Origin: Euryarchaeota archaeon UBA202
Lineage (GTDB): Archaea; Thermoplasmatota; E2; UBA202
DNA length: 63,832 nt
Assembly: GCA_002502685.1 (NCBI GenBank)
Contig: DAQA01000008.1
Span: forward strand, 1,213-65,044
Direction of reading: 5' to 3'
The position numbers and the translations under genes were made by a program. Of this stretch, positions 17,109 to 26,105 are shown piece by piece. Position 1 is the stretch's first letter. The number at the start of each line of letters is the position of its first letter. The notes under the pieces are model-generated. The model made no database searches and had not been told where the DNA came from. It saw nothing but the letters and a program-made list of their open reading frames with translations.

Positions 17109-18107
17109 TTATCTGGTTAATCCTGATTTTTTTTTTGTAAAGATGAGGTTGTGTTCTTTTTTTTTGTGCATGGCAATAGAGAGTATACCCCCAATAAAGG
17201 ATGGTATTAACAAGGTAACAATATATCCCCCCAGGGAAATTGCAACTGTTTTATCACTGGGGATACCATAGAGAGAAAATAAATGAATTAGTGCACCTTC
17301 CCGAGTTCCCAATCCACTAATTGCAATGGGGATGAGACTAATGAGTGAAGCGATGGGATAAATTAAAATAAATGTTGTATAGGGGATGTTAAAAGGAAAA
17401 GAGAGAGTCAAGATGAATATCTGGGTGAAGAAAAGAATATAACTCCCAATTTCCAACAAGAGAGGAAAAAAAAGAAATTTTAGCGGGGGAATATGACTAT
17501 AAAAAGAATGAAATTCCTGTTCCATCAAGCCCTTCAACTTTTGAGGTATAAAGAAACGATAGATAAATAAACAAAATCTTCTACTCCTTTTTTTATCTTT
17601 CAAAAAAAGGGCTGATATAATAAAAACAATAAATAGGGAAAAGAGAGCCAGGAAAACTATGGGCAGTCGTCGTATGATAATGAGTCCTCCCCCTAAGGCA
17701 AGAATAAATAATGCAGCAAGTTCTACTGCTTGGTCAATGATTACTGTTGAAGCACACTTACCAAACCGTTCACCTGTTTCTTCCTGAAGATAGGGAATGC
17801 GAATGTAATCCCCTACCCAAAGGGGTGTAACAGTCCCATAGAAAATACCTATGATATTTAATTTTAAAAGACTGTTCAAACCTACATTGATACCTTGCTC
17901 GGTAGCGATTATTTTCCATTTATATGTACTTATGATTATTCTGGGGAAAAAAATCAAGAAGGATATGATAAAAAATAATCCATTAATCTTGCTAATTGCT
18001 TCACTGATGTTCTGTATGCCAATGTTATAAATAATGTAAATAAATACCCCAATACCTATAATCGGTAATAGAGTCTTTATTCGTGGATAAATCTGTTGGA
18101 TTCCCAT
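17109..18107 (-). CDS. Flippase-like membrane protein (UPF0104 / LPG-synthase-TM, TIGR00374-like), paralogue 1
   Basis: It has about eight TM helices, KWKII after TM2 and a GDYIR motif. Confidence 0.55.
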   Translation of the reverse strand: MGIQQIYPRIKTLLPIIGIGVFIYIIYNIGIQNISEAISKINGLFFIISFLIFFPRIIISTYKWKIIATEQGINVGLNSLLKLNIIGIFYGTVTPLWVGDYIRIPYLQEETGERFGKCASTVIIDQAVELAALFILALGGGLIIIRRLPIVFLALFSLFIVFIISALFLKDKKRSRRFCLFIYRFFIPQKLKGLMEQEFHSFYSHIPPLKFLFFPLLLEIGSYILFFTQIFILTLSFPFNIPYTTFILIYPIASLISLIPIAISGLGTREGALIHLFSLYGIPSDKTVAISLGGYIVTLLIPSFIGGILSIAMHKKKEHNLIFTKKKSGLTR

Positions 18108-18301
18108 TTATTCACGCTCACACTAGGTGTTAACTCCTGGATCCATTCAGCCGTAATGGGTAACTCTCTATTTCATATTTTAGCATGCATCAAGTTATTG
18201 AAATCCATGATAGGTTTTTCTAGAGTCATCTTTTATCCATTGTATGCTTTCTTTTCTTTAATTTTATGAGTAGCTTTATTAAGTAATTGAGCATTACAGA
18301 T

Positions 18302-19210
18302 ATGATGATGGAAAAGGTAAAGGCGTGGTTTCAGCTCGTACGCCCTTTCACTCTCATTGCCCCATTTATCGCCGTTTTCTTTGGCGTTATCATCCAGTTG
18401 GCAACTGGTAATCAACTCCCCCTATTTTTTGATAACCTTGGAATTATCATCTTTGCCTCTCTCATATTGGCGGCCGCTCAAGCGGTAGGACAAATCCTTA
18501 ATCAACTGGAAGACATTGAAGTAGATAAAATTAATCATAAAGATTATCGACCCATTATTTCCGGGGTGATATCCAAGGGAGAAGCAGAAGCTGCATCATG
18601 GATGCTTTCCATCTTCTCTGTTGTAGGAAGCTTTGCCATTAATATTAGCTTTGGTTTTTTCATTTTCATTTTTTTACTATTTGGTGTTCTATATAATCTT
18701 GAACCCTTTAGAATTAAAAAGAGACTATGGATTAATACTGCATCGCTTGCCATATCACGGGGGCTACTTCCCTTTCCTGCGGCATGGAGCCTCTTTGGAA
18801 ATATCTTAAATCCTATCCCCTGGCTTATTGGCAGTCTTGTCGGGCTTTGGGTTCTTGCCTGGCAAAATACAAAAGATTTAAACGATATAGAAGGAGACAA
18901 ACGCTTCGGTATCGTTACCCCTGCTGTTTTTCATCAACGGATAACACTTAATAAAATAATGGCTTTCCTGTCATTCCTTACTTTTTTCCTATTGGGTCTC
19001 TATCTCTATTTTGGCATTCTCCCCCGTAACCTAATCACTCTCTTTATTCTTGGCGTTCCCACAATATGGATGCTCCATAAAATGTATATCAACAAAATAG
19101 CACGATCCACCTTGGAAAATAATGAGTTGTGGGCCGTTTTCTATCTCACCCTTGCAGGTTTTTATATCGTAGCGGCGGCCACCTGTCTCATCCATTCTTA
19201 TCCTCTTTAA
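18302..19210 (+). CDS. UbiA-family prenyltransferase (DGGGP-synthase-like)
   Basis: Two Asp-rich motifs are present, NQLEDIEVDKIN and KDLNDIEGDKRFG, in a protein with about eight TM helices. The ATG at 18302 is preferred over the TTG at 18287. Confidence 0.7.
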   Translation: MMMEKVKAWFQLVRPFTLIAPFIAVFFGVIIQLATGNQLPLFFDNLGIIIFASLILAAAQAVGQILNQLEDIEVDKINHKDYRPIISGVISKGEAEAASWMLSIFSVVGSFAINISFGFFIFIFLLFGVLYNLEPFRIKKRLWINTASLAISRGLLPFPAAWSLFGNILNPIPWLIGSLVGLWVLAWQNTKDLNDIEGDKRFGIVTPAVFHQRITLNKIMAFLSFLTFFLLGLYLYFGILPRNLITLFILGVPTIWMLHKMYINKIARSTLENNELWAVFYLTLAGFYIVAAATCLIHSYPL

Positions 19211-20802
19211 AGAATTTTACTTACATATATACCATCATCAATAAAACCTAATCTATAATAATAATATTTAACTCCGATGCCGCTCAAAACCAATAATTTC
19301 TTAATGCCATATTCCCTTGAAATAATTTCTGCTTTCTTTACAAGCTGTTCACCAAATCCACGATGCTGATATTCAACTTTTGGTTTCTTTCCAATCCCCA
19401 CAACATCTCCATGGATTCTTAATTCCCTAATAATGGCAGAATCATGTGTGAACTCAGGACGGTGGGGCGCAAAAGGAACACGTAAACGGCAATACCCTAT
19501 CACTAAATTATTTTTTTTATCTCCAAGTGAGATAAATATCTCTTTTCCCTTGCTGGCCACATAGTCATATCTCGTTTCCTCAATTTTATGTGGATATATC
19601 TTATCTTTATAACCTCGATGGCCAACCTCGCGACAGCGAATACATTGGCACTGCCATCCATGTTGTTCCATTTCTTTTTTTACTAATTGTCGAAGATTAC
19701 TTTTCTTTATTCCTGCCTCTATTAGTTGTGCCGGTATATCCCTCTCTATCCTTTGTATTCTGACCCATGGAGGGATTACTCTTTTCATTTCTGCAAGAAG
19801 TTTAATTGTCTCCTGAAGGTGCAACGGTTCATATTCCCCTTTTTTCCATAGTTTGTATAGTTTCGTTCCCTTCAACACTAGAGTAGGATATATTTTTAGC
19901 ATGTCCGGTCGAAACTTTTCTTCATTAAAGGTTTCTTTAAAACTTTCAAAATCCTTTTCAGGTGTGCTACCGGGTAATCCAAGCATAAGATGGTAACAGA
20001 TTTTCAGGCCTGCATCTTTTGCTATCTGGGTTGCATGTATAGAATCAGTGACCAGGTGTTGACGACCACTGGAGCGCAATACGTCATCAAACGTTGTTTG
20101 AACCCCTAATTCAACTCTTGTCGCCCCAAATCTTAATATGTTATCAATATGACATAATCTCAGCCAGTCTGGACGTGTTTCAATAGTTAATCCAATGCAT
20201 CTATGTTTAGCTAGTTTATTTTTTTCCATGGCGTGCTGAAGTGAGGGACATTTCTTTTGATTTAATGCCTCGTAGCATTTCTGTATGAACCATGATTGAT
20301 AATAGGGGCTTCTTGCCGTGAATGTTCCGCCCATTATGATCAGTTCTATTTTGTCAGTTGGGTGTCCTATTGTCTCTAATTGTTTAATTCTCTCTTGGGT
20401 TTGGTTAAGGGGGTCAAACATATTCCTCGTGGCGCGCAGGGCAGCAGGTTCCTGTCCCGTATAGGATTGCGGAGAGAGTGGCGGCCCCCCGGGGCAAATG
20501 AGGCATTGTCCGTGGGGACAAACCTCGGGGGAAGTCATTACGGCAACCACAGCAACTCCAGATATTGTGCGCACTGGTTTTTTTCTTAAAATAGTCTTTA
20601 TCATTGGATAGTTGCTTGCTGTTTCGGGGGGTATATAACCTAGAATATCTGCATTGGAAGGTACCGTTTTTAGGTGATATCTCCCGCATAATTTTTTCTT
20701 TTCTTCGTGCAAATCCTTCTTATTTTTAATCTGGTTATGAATGATTTTAATGGCGATTTCCTCGGCCATCTTATGCATGCTACTTTGTTCTTGGGGTGTC
20801 AT
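19207..20802 (-). CDS. elp3: Elp3-type tRNA uridine(34) modification enzyme (radical SAM plus GNAT)
   Basis: It has the Elp3 architecture: a radical-SAM region with a Cys cluster (CPHGQCLICPGG) and a C-terminal GNAT domain (QHRGFGEQLV). Confidence 0.85.
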   Translation of the reverse strand: MTPQEQSSMHKMAEEIAIKIIHNQIKNKKDLHEEKKKLCGRYHLKTVPSNADILGYIPPETASNYPMIKTILRKKPVRTISGVAVVAVMTSPEVCPHGQCLICPGGPPLSPQSYTGQEPAALRATRNMFDPLNQTQERIKQLETIGHPTDKIELIIMGGTFTARSPYYQSWFIQKCYEALNQKKCPSLQHAMEKNKLAKHRCIGLTIETRPDWLRLCHIDNILRFGATRVELGVQTTFDDVLRSSGRQHLVTDSIHATQIAKDAGLKICYHLMLGLPGSTPEKDFESFKETFNEEKFRPDMLKIYPTLVLKGTKLYKLWKKGEYEPLHLQETIKLLAEMKRVIPPWVRIQRIERDIPAQLIEAGIKKSNLRQLVKKEMEQHGWQCQCIRCREVGHRGYKDKIYPHKIEETRYDYVASKGKEIFISLGDKKNNLVIGYCRLRVPFAPHRPEFTHDSAIIRELRIHGDVVGIGKKPKVEYQHRGFGEQLVKKAEIISREYGIKKLLVLSGIGVKYYYYRLGFIDDGIYVSKIL

Positions 20803-20979
20803 AAACCTGGTGTTCCCTATTACGAGAAGGTGTTAATAAAGCTTTTTTTTTAGATATTTTTTTATCTACATGGTGAAAAAAGAGAATTATCTATACATTT
20901 GGGAAAAGAAATAATTTTTTTTTGTGCTAGGAGCAATGCTGTTAAAAATTCAATAAATTAATAAACCTTTTCCCATTGA

Positions 20980-21456
20980 ATGAAGGGAATAAGGAATATG
21001 TCTAGATTGGGTGAAGATATGAAAAAAACTATAGTTTATATAGAACGCATTTCTCCTAAGGCACGTCTTCCATGCTATGCCCATGAGGATGATTCGGGTG
21101 CAGATGTTTGTTCAATAATAAATTACACCCTCGGCCCACATGAGATTAAGGCCATACCTACAGGGCTTAAAATTGAGCTTCCTACCGGTTTTGATTTGCA
21201 AGTGCGTCCCCGAAGTGGTCTTGCGCTTAACCATGGTCTTATTTTGCCCAATAGCCCGGGGACCATTGATGCGGGATATAGAGGCGAGTTAAAAATAATC
21301 ATGATGAATCTTGGTAAAAAACCTTTTCATATTCAAGAGGGTCAACGCATTGCGCAACTTGTTCTATCGCCGTGCTATCCTGCTCACTTTACACTTGTAG
21401 AACAAGTAAAAGAATCCGAAAGGGGAACGAAGGGATTTGGGTCAACAGGCACATAA
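20980..21456 (+). CDS. dut: Trimeric dUTP diphosphatase
   Basis: The classical Dut motifs are present: DSGADV, RPRSGLA, GTIDAGYRGE, RIAQL and the C-terminal RGTKGFGSTG. The true start may be an internal ATG at 20998 or 21019. Confidence 0.85.
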   Translation: MKGIRNMSRLGEDMKKTIVYIERISPKARLPCYAHEDDSGADVCSIINYTLGPHEIKAIPTGLKIELPTGFDLQVRPRSGLALNHGLILPNSPGTIDAGYRGELKIIMMNLGKKPFHIQEGQRIAQLVLSPCYPAHFTLVEQVKESERGTKGFGSTGT

Positions 21457-21726
21457 GTGCATTATTATTGTTTTTTTGGGCAATATCTTTTCCGTTATTA
21501 TAGATATTCTAAGGTATTATCTTTTTTTAAATGGTAACGGTTAACTTTTCACTATTTTTTTTATCCGATCCTGTCTATCTAATTTTCTTACTGCCTATGG
21601 TCATGTCTAGATGGCTGAATCAGTGCTTTTTTTCATTTTTGTATCCTAAAAACTATTAGTCATGTAGGATAAATTTTTTATAATCATATTTTATTATTGT
21701 ATATTACGTAATACAAGAGGGTTTAT

Positions 21727-22332
21727 ATGAACAAGCTTAATGAGGCAAAAATTTTTGGTGGAATCGGAGCCATACTCGTACTTATCGGGGCATTCATCCC
21801 CGCTATCGGTTTTGTACTCAGTATTGTTGGTTTGGTACTCGTTTTTATAGCTGTTAAATATATTTCTGATGAGACAAAAGATAATTCAGTGTTCAACAAT
21901 TTTCTCATCCATTTCATCTGTACGATAATTGCCATAATTGCGGTTGTGGCTATAATATTGGGCACTATTGGTGTGATTGGCGGTTTTTCATTTTTTACTG
22001 AGTTGGAAAATGAAGAAATAACAGACTTTGAATCTTTTTGGGATTATTTTGAACCTTTTATTTGGGGAATAGTGGTTGCATTGGTGGTGGGATGGATATT
22101 GTTGGTTATTGGTGCTGTGTATCTTAGAAAAAGTTACAATAGCATCGCTGATCATACCCACGTAAGTCTTTTTAGAACAACGGGTACTCTCTATTTTATT
22201 GGGTCTATCACTCTTATCGTGTTAATCGGGGCCATTATCCTATTTATAGGTAAAATACTTGAAATTGCTTCCTTCTTTTCACTCCCTGATAATTTACCTA
22301 CAAAAGAGGCTAGCTCCACCATCGAAAAATAA
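21727..22332 (+). CDS. Archaeal membrane protein, DUF996-like
   Basis: The N-terminus EAKIFGGIGAILVLIGAFIP...VGLVLVFIAVKYISDETKD resembles the DUF996 family as I recall it. It has about five TM helices. Confidence 0.5.
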   Translation: MNKLNEAKIFGGIGAILVLIGAFIPAIGFVLSIVGLVLVFIAVKYISDETKDNSVFNNFLIHFICTIIAIIAVVAIILGTIGVIGGFSFFTELENEEITDFESFWDYFEPFIWGIVVALVVGWILLVIGAVYLRKSYNSIADHTHVSLFRTTGTLYFIGSITLIVLIGAIILFIGKILEIASFFSLPDNLPTKEASSTIEK

Positions 22333-22381
22333 TTCCCATTATTTGTTGGAGGTACATACTCCTATTACATATTCACGCTAG

Positions 22382-23788
22382 CTAGAAAAAATCTAGTGAA
22401 GCCCTGTTCTTTTGTTCAATACGTCTAATGTCAAAATAAAATCTTGGGTGAGGCAATAGGTGAAAGCCCATGAGTACCTCTACGCCTAATAGATGAGAGG
22501 TTATGTTTATGGAGATTCCTCTGGTTTCTGGATAGACCATTACTGCTATTTCATTATGACCCAGAGGAGAAAAAATTCTTTGGGGTTCAATTTCACACTT
22601 TCCCTGCAAAGAAATATTGGTGGCTCCATCATTGTAATACCCGGTGACGACACCAGGTGCTTCCCATAACCCCAATCCTTGCCAGAATGTTATCCCGTGA
22701 AATCTATCAATGTATACATTTCGTTCAGCTGTCATGGTAAAATGCAGTGAAAGAAGGGATTCATCATTTTTTGCCTCTAGGATAATTTCTAAGGGATAAT
22801 AGATGTCAAATTCCTTGTTGTATTCCCGTGCCTCATACTTATAGGAGATATCAACAAATTCATTGTATTGTCCATCTTTTTCCAAATATAGTACACCAAA
22901 CGCTGGTCCTTCCAGTATCCAAAACATCAGATTTCCATAAAATAAACTCCAGTTATTGTCAAAAGTTGCCCATATCCAGTCATATCCAAAAGGATTATTA
23001 TCACTAGAGAGAGTAATTGAAGAGGGAAGGGAGAAGGAGTGACTATTTCGCCACCATTTTATCAAAGGGCCATATAACCCACTTACATTCCGGGGTGTCA
23101 TAAGAGGATCATGATAAGACCAATTTCCCCAAACATGTTCATAATATCCTGTTCCAGTAATATCTAATGTTTTCCCCTCAAAATACATCTTTCCTGCTAC
23201 ACTACATCGGGAAATAAATCCATACCTGTAAAAACCCATACCCATGGGAAGAAAACCATCCGTTATATTCCCTGCGACCCACTGGGGTACTGTTTCAGCA
23301 TAAAAATCCATATCTAAAATAAGGATACTCTCATTGTCCTCTAAGTGGATAAAGTACTGGGGATATAATCCGCTCATTGTGGACAATCCATATGTCAGAT
23401 TCACCTCATTTTTTTTATGTGATAATTTACCCAAGGGATCATCAAAGGAGCCAAAACGGTAACACTGTCCTGTTTCCCCATTAAATAATGCAAAAAACAT
23501 ATTACAGGTAAAAGTTTCCATTTCATATCCCATCGAAGCCGTTACGCTCCATGTATTATGACCATCCCCAAAAAAGGCATCAATATTCCACCATTCACGA
23601 GTACAGGGAAAATGATCACCTTCATCCTCCTTTGACCACAGACCCGTATCCCCCCCTTTCATAAAATTCAGGTTTGATACCCCTTCTTCTTGGCCATTCA
23701 CAATCGCTGTTGACGGAGCAGCCGCATCAAGGCAATTACTACTTAACCATAGAAACATTATACAACCCACAAAGCATTTTTTCAACAT
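22382..23788 (-). CDS. Secreted protein with an AttH/CrtC-like (lipocalin-type) domain
   Basis: It has an N-terminal signal peptide and a TREWWNIDAFF motif reminiscent of the EWWY signature of AttH/hydroxyneurosporene-synthase-like domains. Confidence 0.45.
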   Translation of the reverse strand: MLKKCFVGCIMFLWLSSNCLDAAAPSTAIVNGQEEGVSNLNFMKGGDTGLWSKEDEGDHFPCTREWWNIDAFFGDGHNTWSVTASMGYEMETFTCNMFFALFNGETGQCYRFGSFDDPLGKLSHKKNEVNLTYGLSTMSGLYPQYFIHLEDNESILILDMDFYAETVPQWVAGNITDGFLPMGMGFYRYGFISRCSVAGKMYFEGKTLDITGTGYYEHVWGNWSYHDPLMTPRNVSGLYGPLIKWWRNSHSFSLPSSITLSSDNNPFGYDWIWATFDNNWSLFYGNLMFWILEGPAFGVLYLEKDGQYNEFVDISYKYEAREYNKEFDIYYPLEIILEAKNDESLLSLHFTMTAERNVYIDRFHGITFWQGLGLWEAPGVVTGYYNDGATNISLQGKCEIEPQRIFSPLGHNEIAVMVYPETRGISINITSHLLGVEVLMGFHLLPHPRFYFDIRRIEQKNRASLDFF

Positions 23789-24050
23789 GATTCACTTACC
23801 TGAAACCTATATCCATTCTTATCAACCATTCTAACCCATGATTGATAAGGATTGATTGGCAAATAATCCTAATAATTAATCCCATACATTATCTTTTTCC
23901 CCAAACGCAATCACCTGGCGTAAATATGCCAAGCCATCTTTCATCATACTTTACCCTTTTACCTTATTACAATATTAGCAACAGACTTATTTTCCCCAAA
24001 AAAGAGGGCTTTCCCATAAAGCATATAATAAAGAAAATGTTTATGAGTCA

Positions 24051-24368
24051 ATGAAAAAACGGATGCACACAAAAAAATCCACACATCACTTTCAAGACTT
24101 CCATACAGGATTCTTGAGCAAGGTATGTATCTTCCTAGGAATCTTGTTTATTATTTCCTACCCCCTTATATGGGGAGTACTCACTTATGCACTCAATGGT
24201 GAATCCTCCCTTGACTATGGAAAATTAGCAGGTTGGTCCTCTTTATCGATAATTCTTATTGTAATCGGTATTATATTATATTTTATTCATTTGCAACTAT
24301 TGAAATTAGATGAAATAACAGAGGAATTACATTCAACCGACCATGATGTAAACTCTAAGGAGAGGTAA
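24051..24368 (+). CDS. Small membrane protein (2 TM), function unknown
   Basis: The 105-aa ORF has two clear hydrophobic helices and lies 9 nt upstream of the helicase gene. Confidence 0.35.
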   Translation: MKKRMHTKKSTHHFQDFHTGFLSKVCIFLGILFIISYPLIWGVLTYALNGESSLDYGKLAGWSSLSIILIVIGIILYFIHLQLLKLDEITEELHSTDHDVNSKER

Positions 24369-24377
24369 CGCCACATT

Positions 24378-25940
24378 ATGTCCTATATACGACATGATTT
24401 CATCAAACCTAATTTTGTCCAAGAAAGGTCCTACCAGATCAATATTTATCGTCAAACCAGGGATAAAAACTCCCTTATTGTCCTTCCAACAGGTCTAGGG
24501 AAAACGATTATTGCCATTCTTGTTTTAGCCCATAGGTTTCAATATGGAAAAATTTTTTTTCTGGCGCCCACCAAACCCCTTTGTGAGCAACATGCTTCAT
24601 CAATAAAAAAAATCACTACTTTTAAGGATGAGGATGTTACTCTTATTACCAGTGAAACATGCCCTAGAAAAGAAAGGCTTTCATACTATGCCTCATCCCG
24701 CATTATTGTGGCTACACCCCAAACCATACAGAATGATCTTCAAAAAAATTTATCCTTGCATGATTGCTCACTTATTATTTTTGATGAGGCTCATCGGGCT
24801 GTGGGAAATTATGCCTATGTTCCTGTTGCTCACAAATATCTTGCTACGGGTCGTCATTCACAAATATTGGGTCTTACAGCTTCGCCTGGAAGTAGTTATC
24901 CTAAACTTGTGGAGGTGGCCAAAAACCTTGGGATTGAGCATGTTGAGATTAGAACTGAGAGCGACGAAGATGTCAAGCCTTATATCCCCTATAGAAAGTT
25001 AAATTGGCATGTCATTACTATGCCGCCAGAGATAAAAAAGATACGATCAAAAATCGATACGCTTCTTATTGATTATCTTGCGCAATTACAGAAGTATACT
25101 CGTCAGGCCAAGGGATTAAAGGTGGATAAATTAAGCAAAAAGGCTCTTATCGACATACAGGTAAGAATGCAGAAGAATCTAGGGAAACGAGGTGGCTCCA
25201 TGTATCAGGGCATTAGTCTTATATCGGCAGCGATCAAGCTTTCTCATCTTCGGGATTTATTAACTAGTCAAGGCATTAGTGTTGCAAGAAAATATCTTAA
25301 TAGGCTGGCTAAAGATTCATCACGTGCTGCCCAAAAGATACGGAAATCTTCCCTCTTTACGGAGATTTTACATGATATTTTTTATATGGCGCCTCGTAAA
25401 ACAAAGATCGATAAGGCCAAAGAGATTATCACTTACCATTTTAGAGCGTGCCAGGATCCTAAAATTATTGTTTTTGCTGAATACCGGGATACCATTGATT
25501 TCTTACTTAAAGAATTCAGTACATTGTCGGGGGTGCATGCTGCTCCTTTCATTGGGCAGGCACGGGTCAAGGAAGGAGGTATGAGTCAGGAGCAGCAAAA
25601 GAAAACACTTAATGCATTTCGACAGGGAATCTATAACGTGTTGGTATCAACCAGTATCGGGGAGGAGGGGATAGATATACCTGCCACGAGTCTTGTTTTA
25701 TTCTATGAGCCTGTTCCTTCAGCTATTAGATATATTCAGCGTAAGGGCCGCACAGCTCGGGATGGTGTACCTGGAAACGTAACTATTTTAATTATGGAGG
25801 GCTCTCGGGATGAGGCTGCCTATTGGAGCAGTACTCGAAAAGAAAAAAAAATGTATGATCAAGTATATAGGATTCAAAGGGCATTAGAGGAGAAGACCAT
25901 TGCGTCTTTTGTGGGGCAAACTCGTATTGATTATTTTTAG
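24378..25940 (+). CDS. hef: Hef/FANCM-like SF2 helicase (helicase domains only, no ERCC4 nuclease domain)
   Basis: The sequence shows RSYQ, PTGLGKT (motif I), FDEAH (motif II), TASPG (motif III) and the C-terminal QRKGRTAR (motif VI). Confidence 0.75.
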   Translation: MSYIRHDFIKPNFVQERSYQINIYRQTRDKNSLIVLPTGLGKTIIAILVLAHRFQYGKIFFLAPTKPLCEQHASSIKKITTFKDEDVTLITSETCPRKERLSYYASSRIIVATPQTIQNDLQKNLSLHDCSLIIFDEAHRAVGNYAYVPVAHKYLATGRHSQILGLTASPGSSYPKLVEVAKNLGIEHVEIRTESDEDVKPYIPYRKLNWHVITMPPEIKKIRSKIDTLLIDYLAQLQKYTRQAKGLKVDKLSKKALIDIQVRMQKNLGKRGGSMYQGISLISAAIKLSHLRDLLTSQGISVARKYLNRLAKDSSRAAQKIRKSSLFTEILHDIFYMAPRKTKIDKAKEIITYHFRACQDPKIIVFAEYRDTIDFLLKEFSTLSGVHAAPFIGQARVKEGGMSQEQQKKTLNAFRQGIYNVLVSTSIGEEGIDIPATSLVLFYEPVPSAIRYIQRKGRTARDGVPGNVTILIMEGSRDEAAYWSSTRKEKKMYDQVYRIQRALEEKTIASFVGQTRIDYF

Positions 25941-26105
25941 ATTATCTTTTTTGAGAAATATTTGTTCCATTCTTATTTTATTTCTATTAACTCTCCTTTT
26001 TTTTATTTTGAATTTCTACTGGACTCTGTGATTCTTTATAAAAAAAATTATCTATTGTTTTTCTATAATTCATCCTATTTATGGTGTATAGGTTTTCAAT
26101 GTTCT

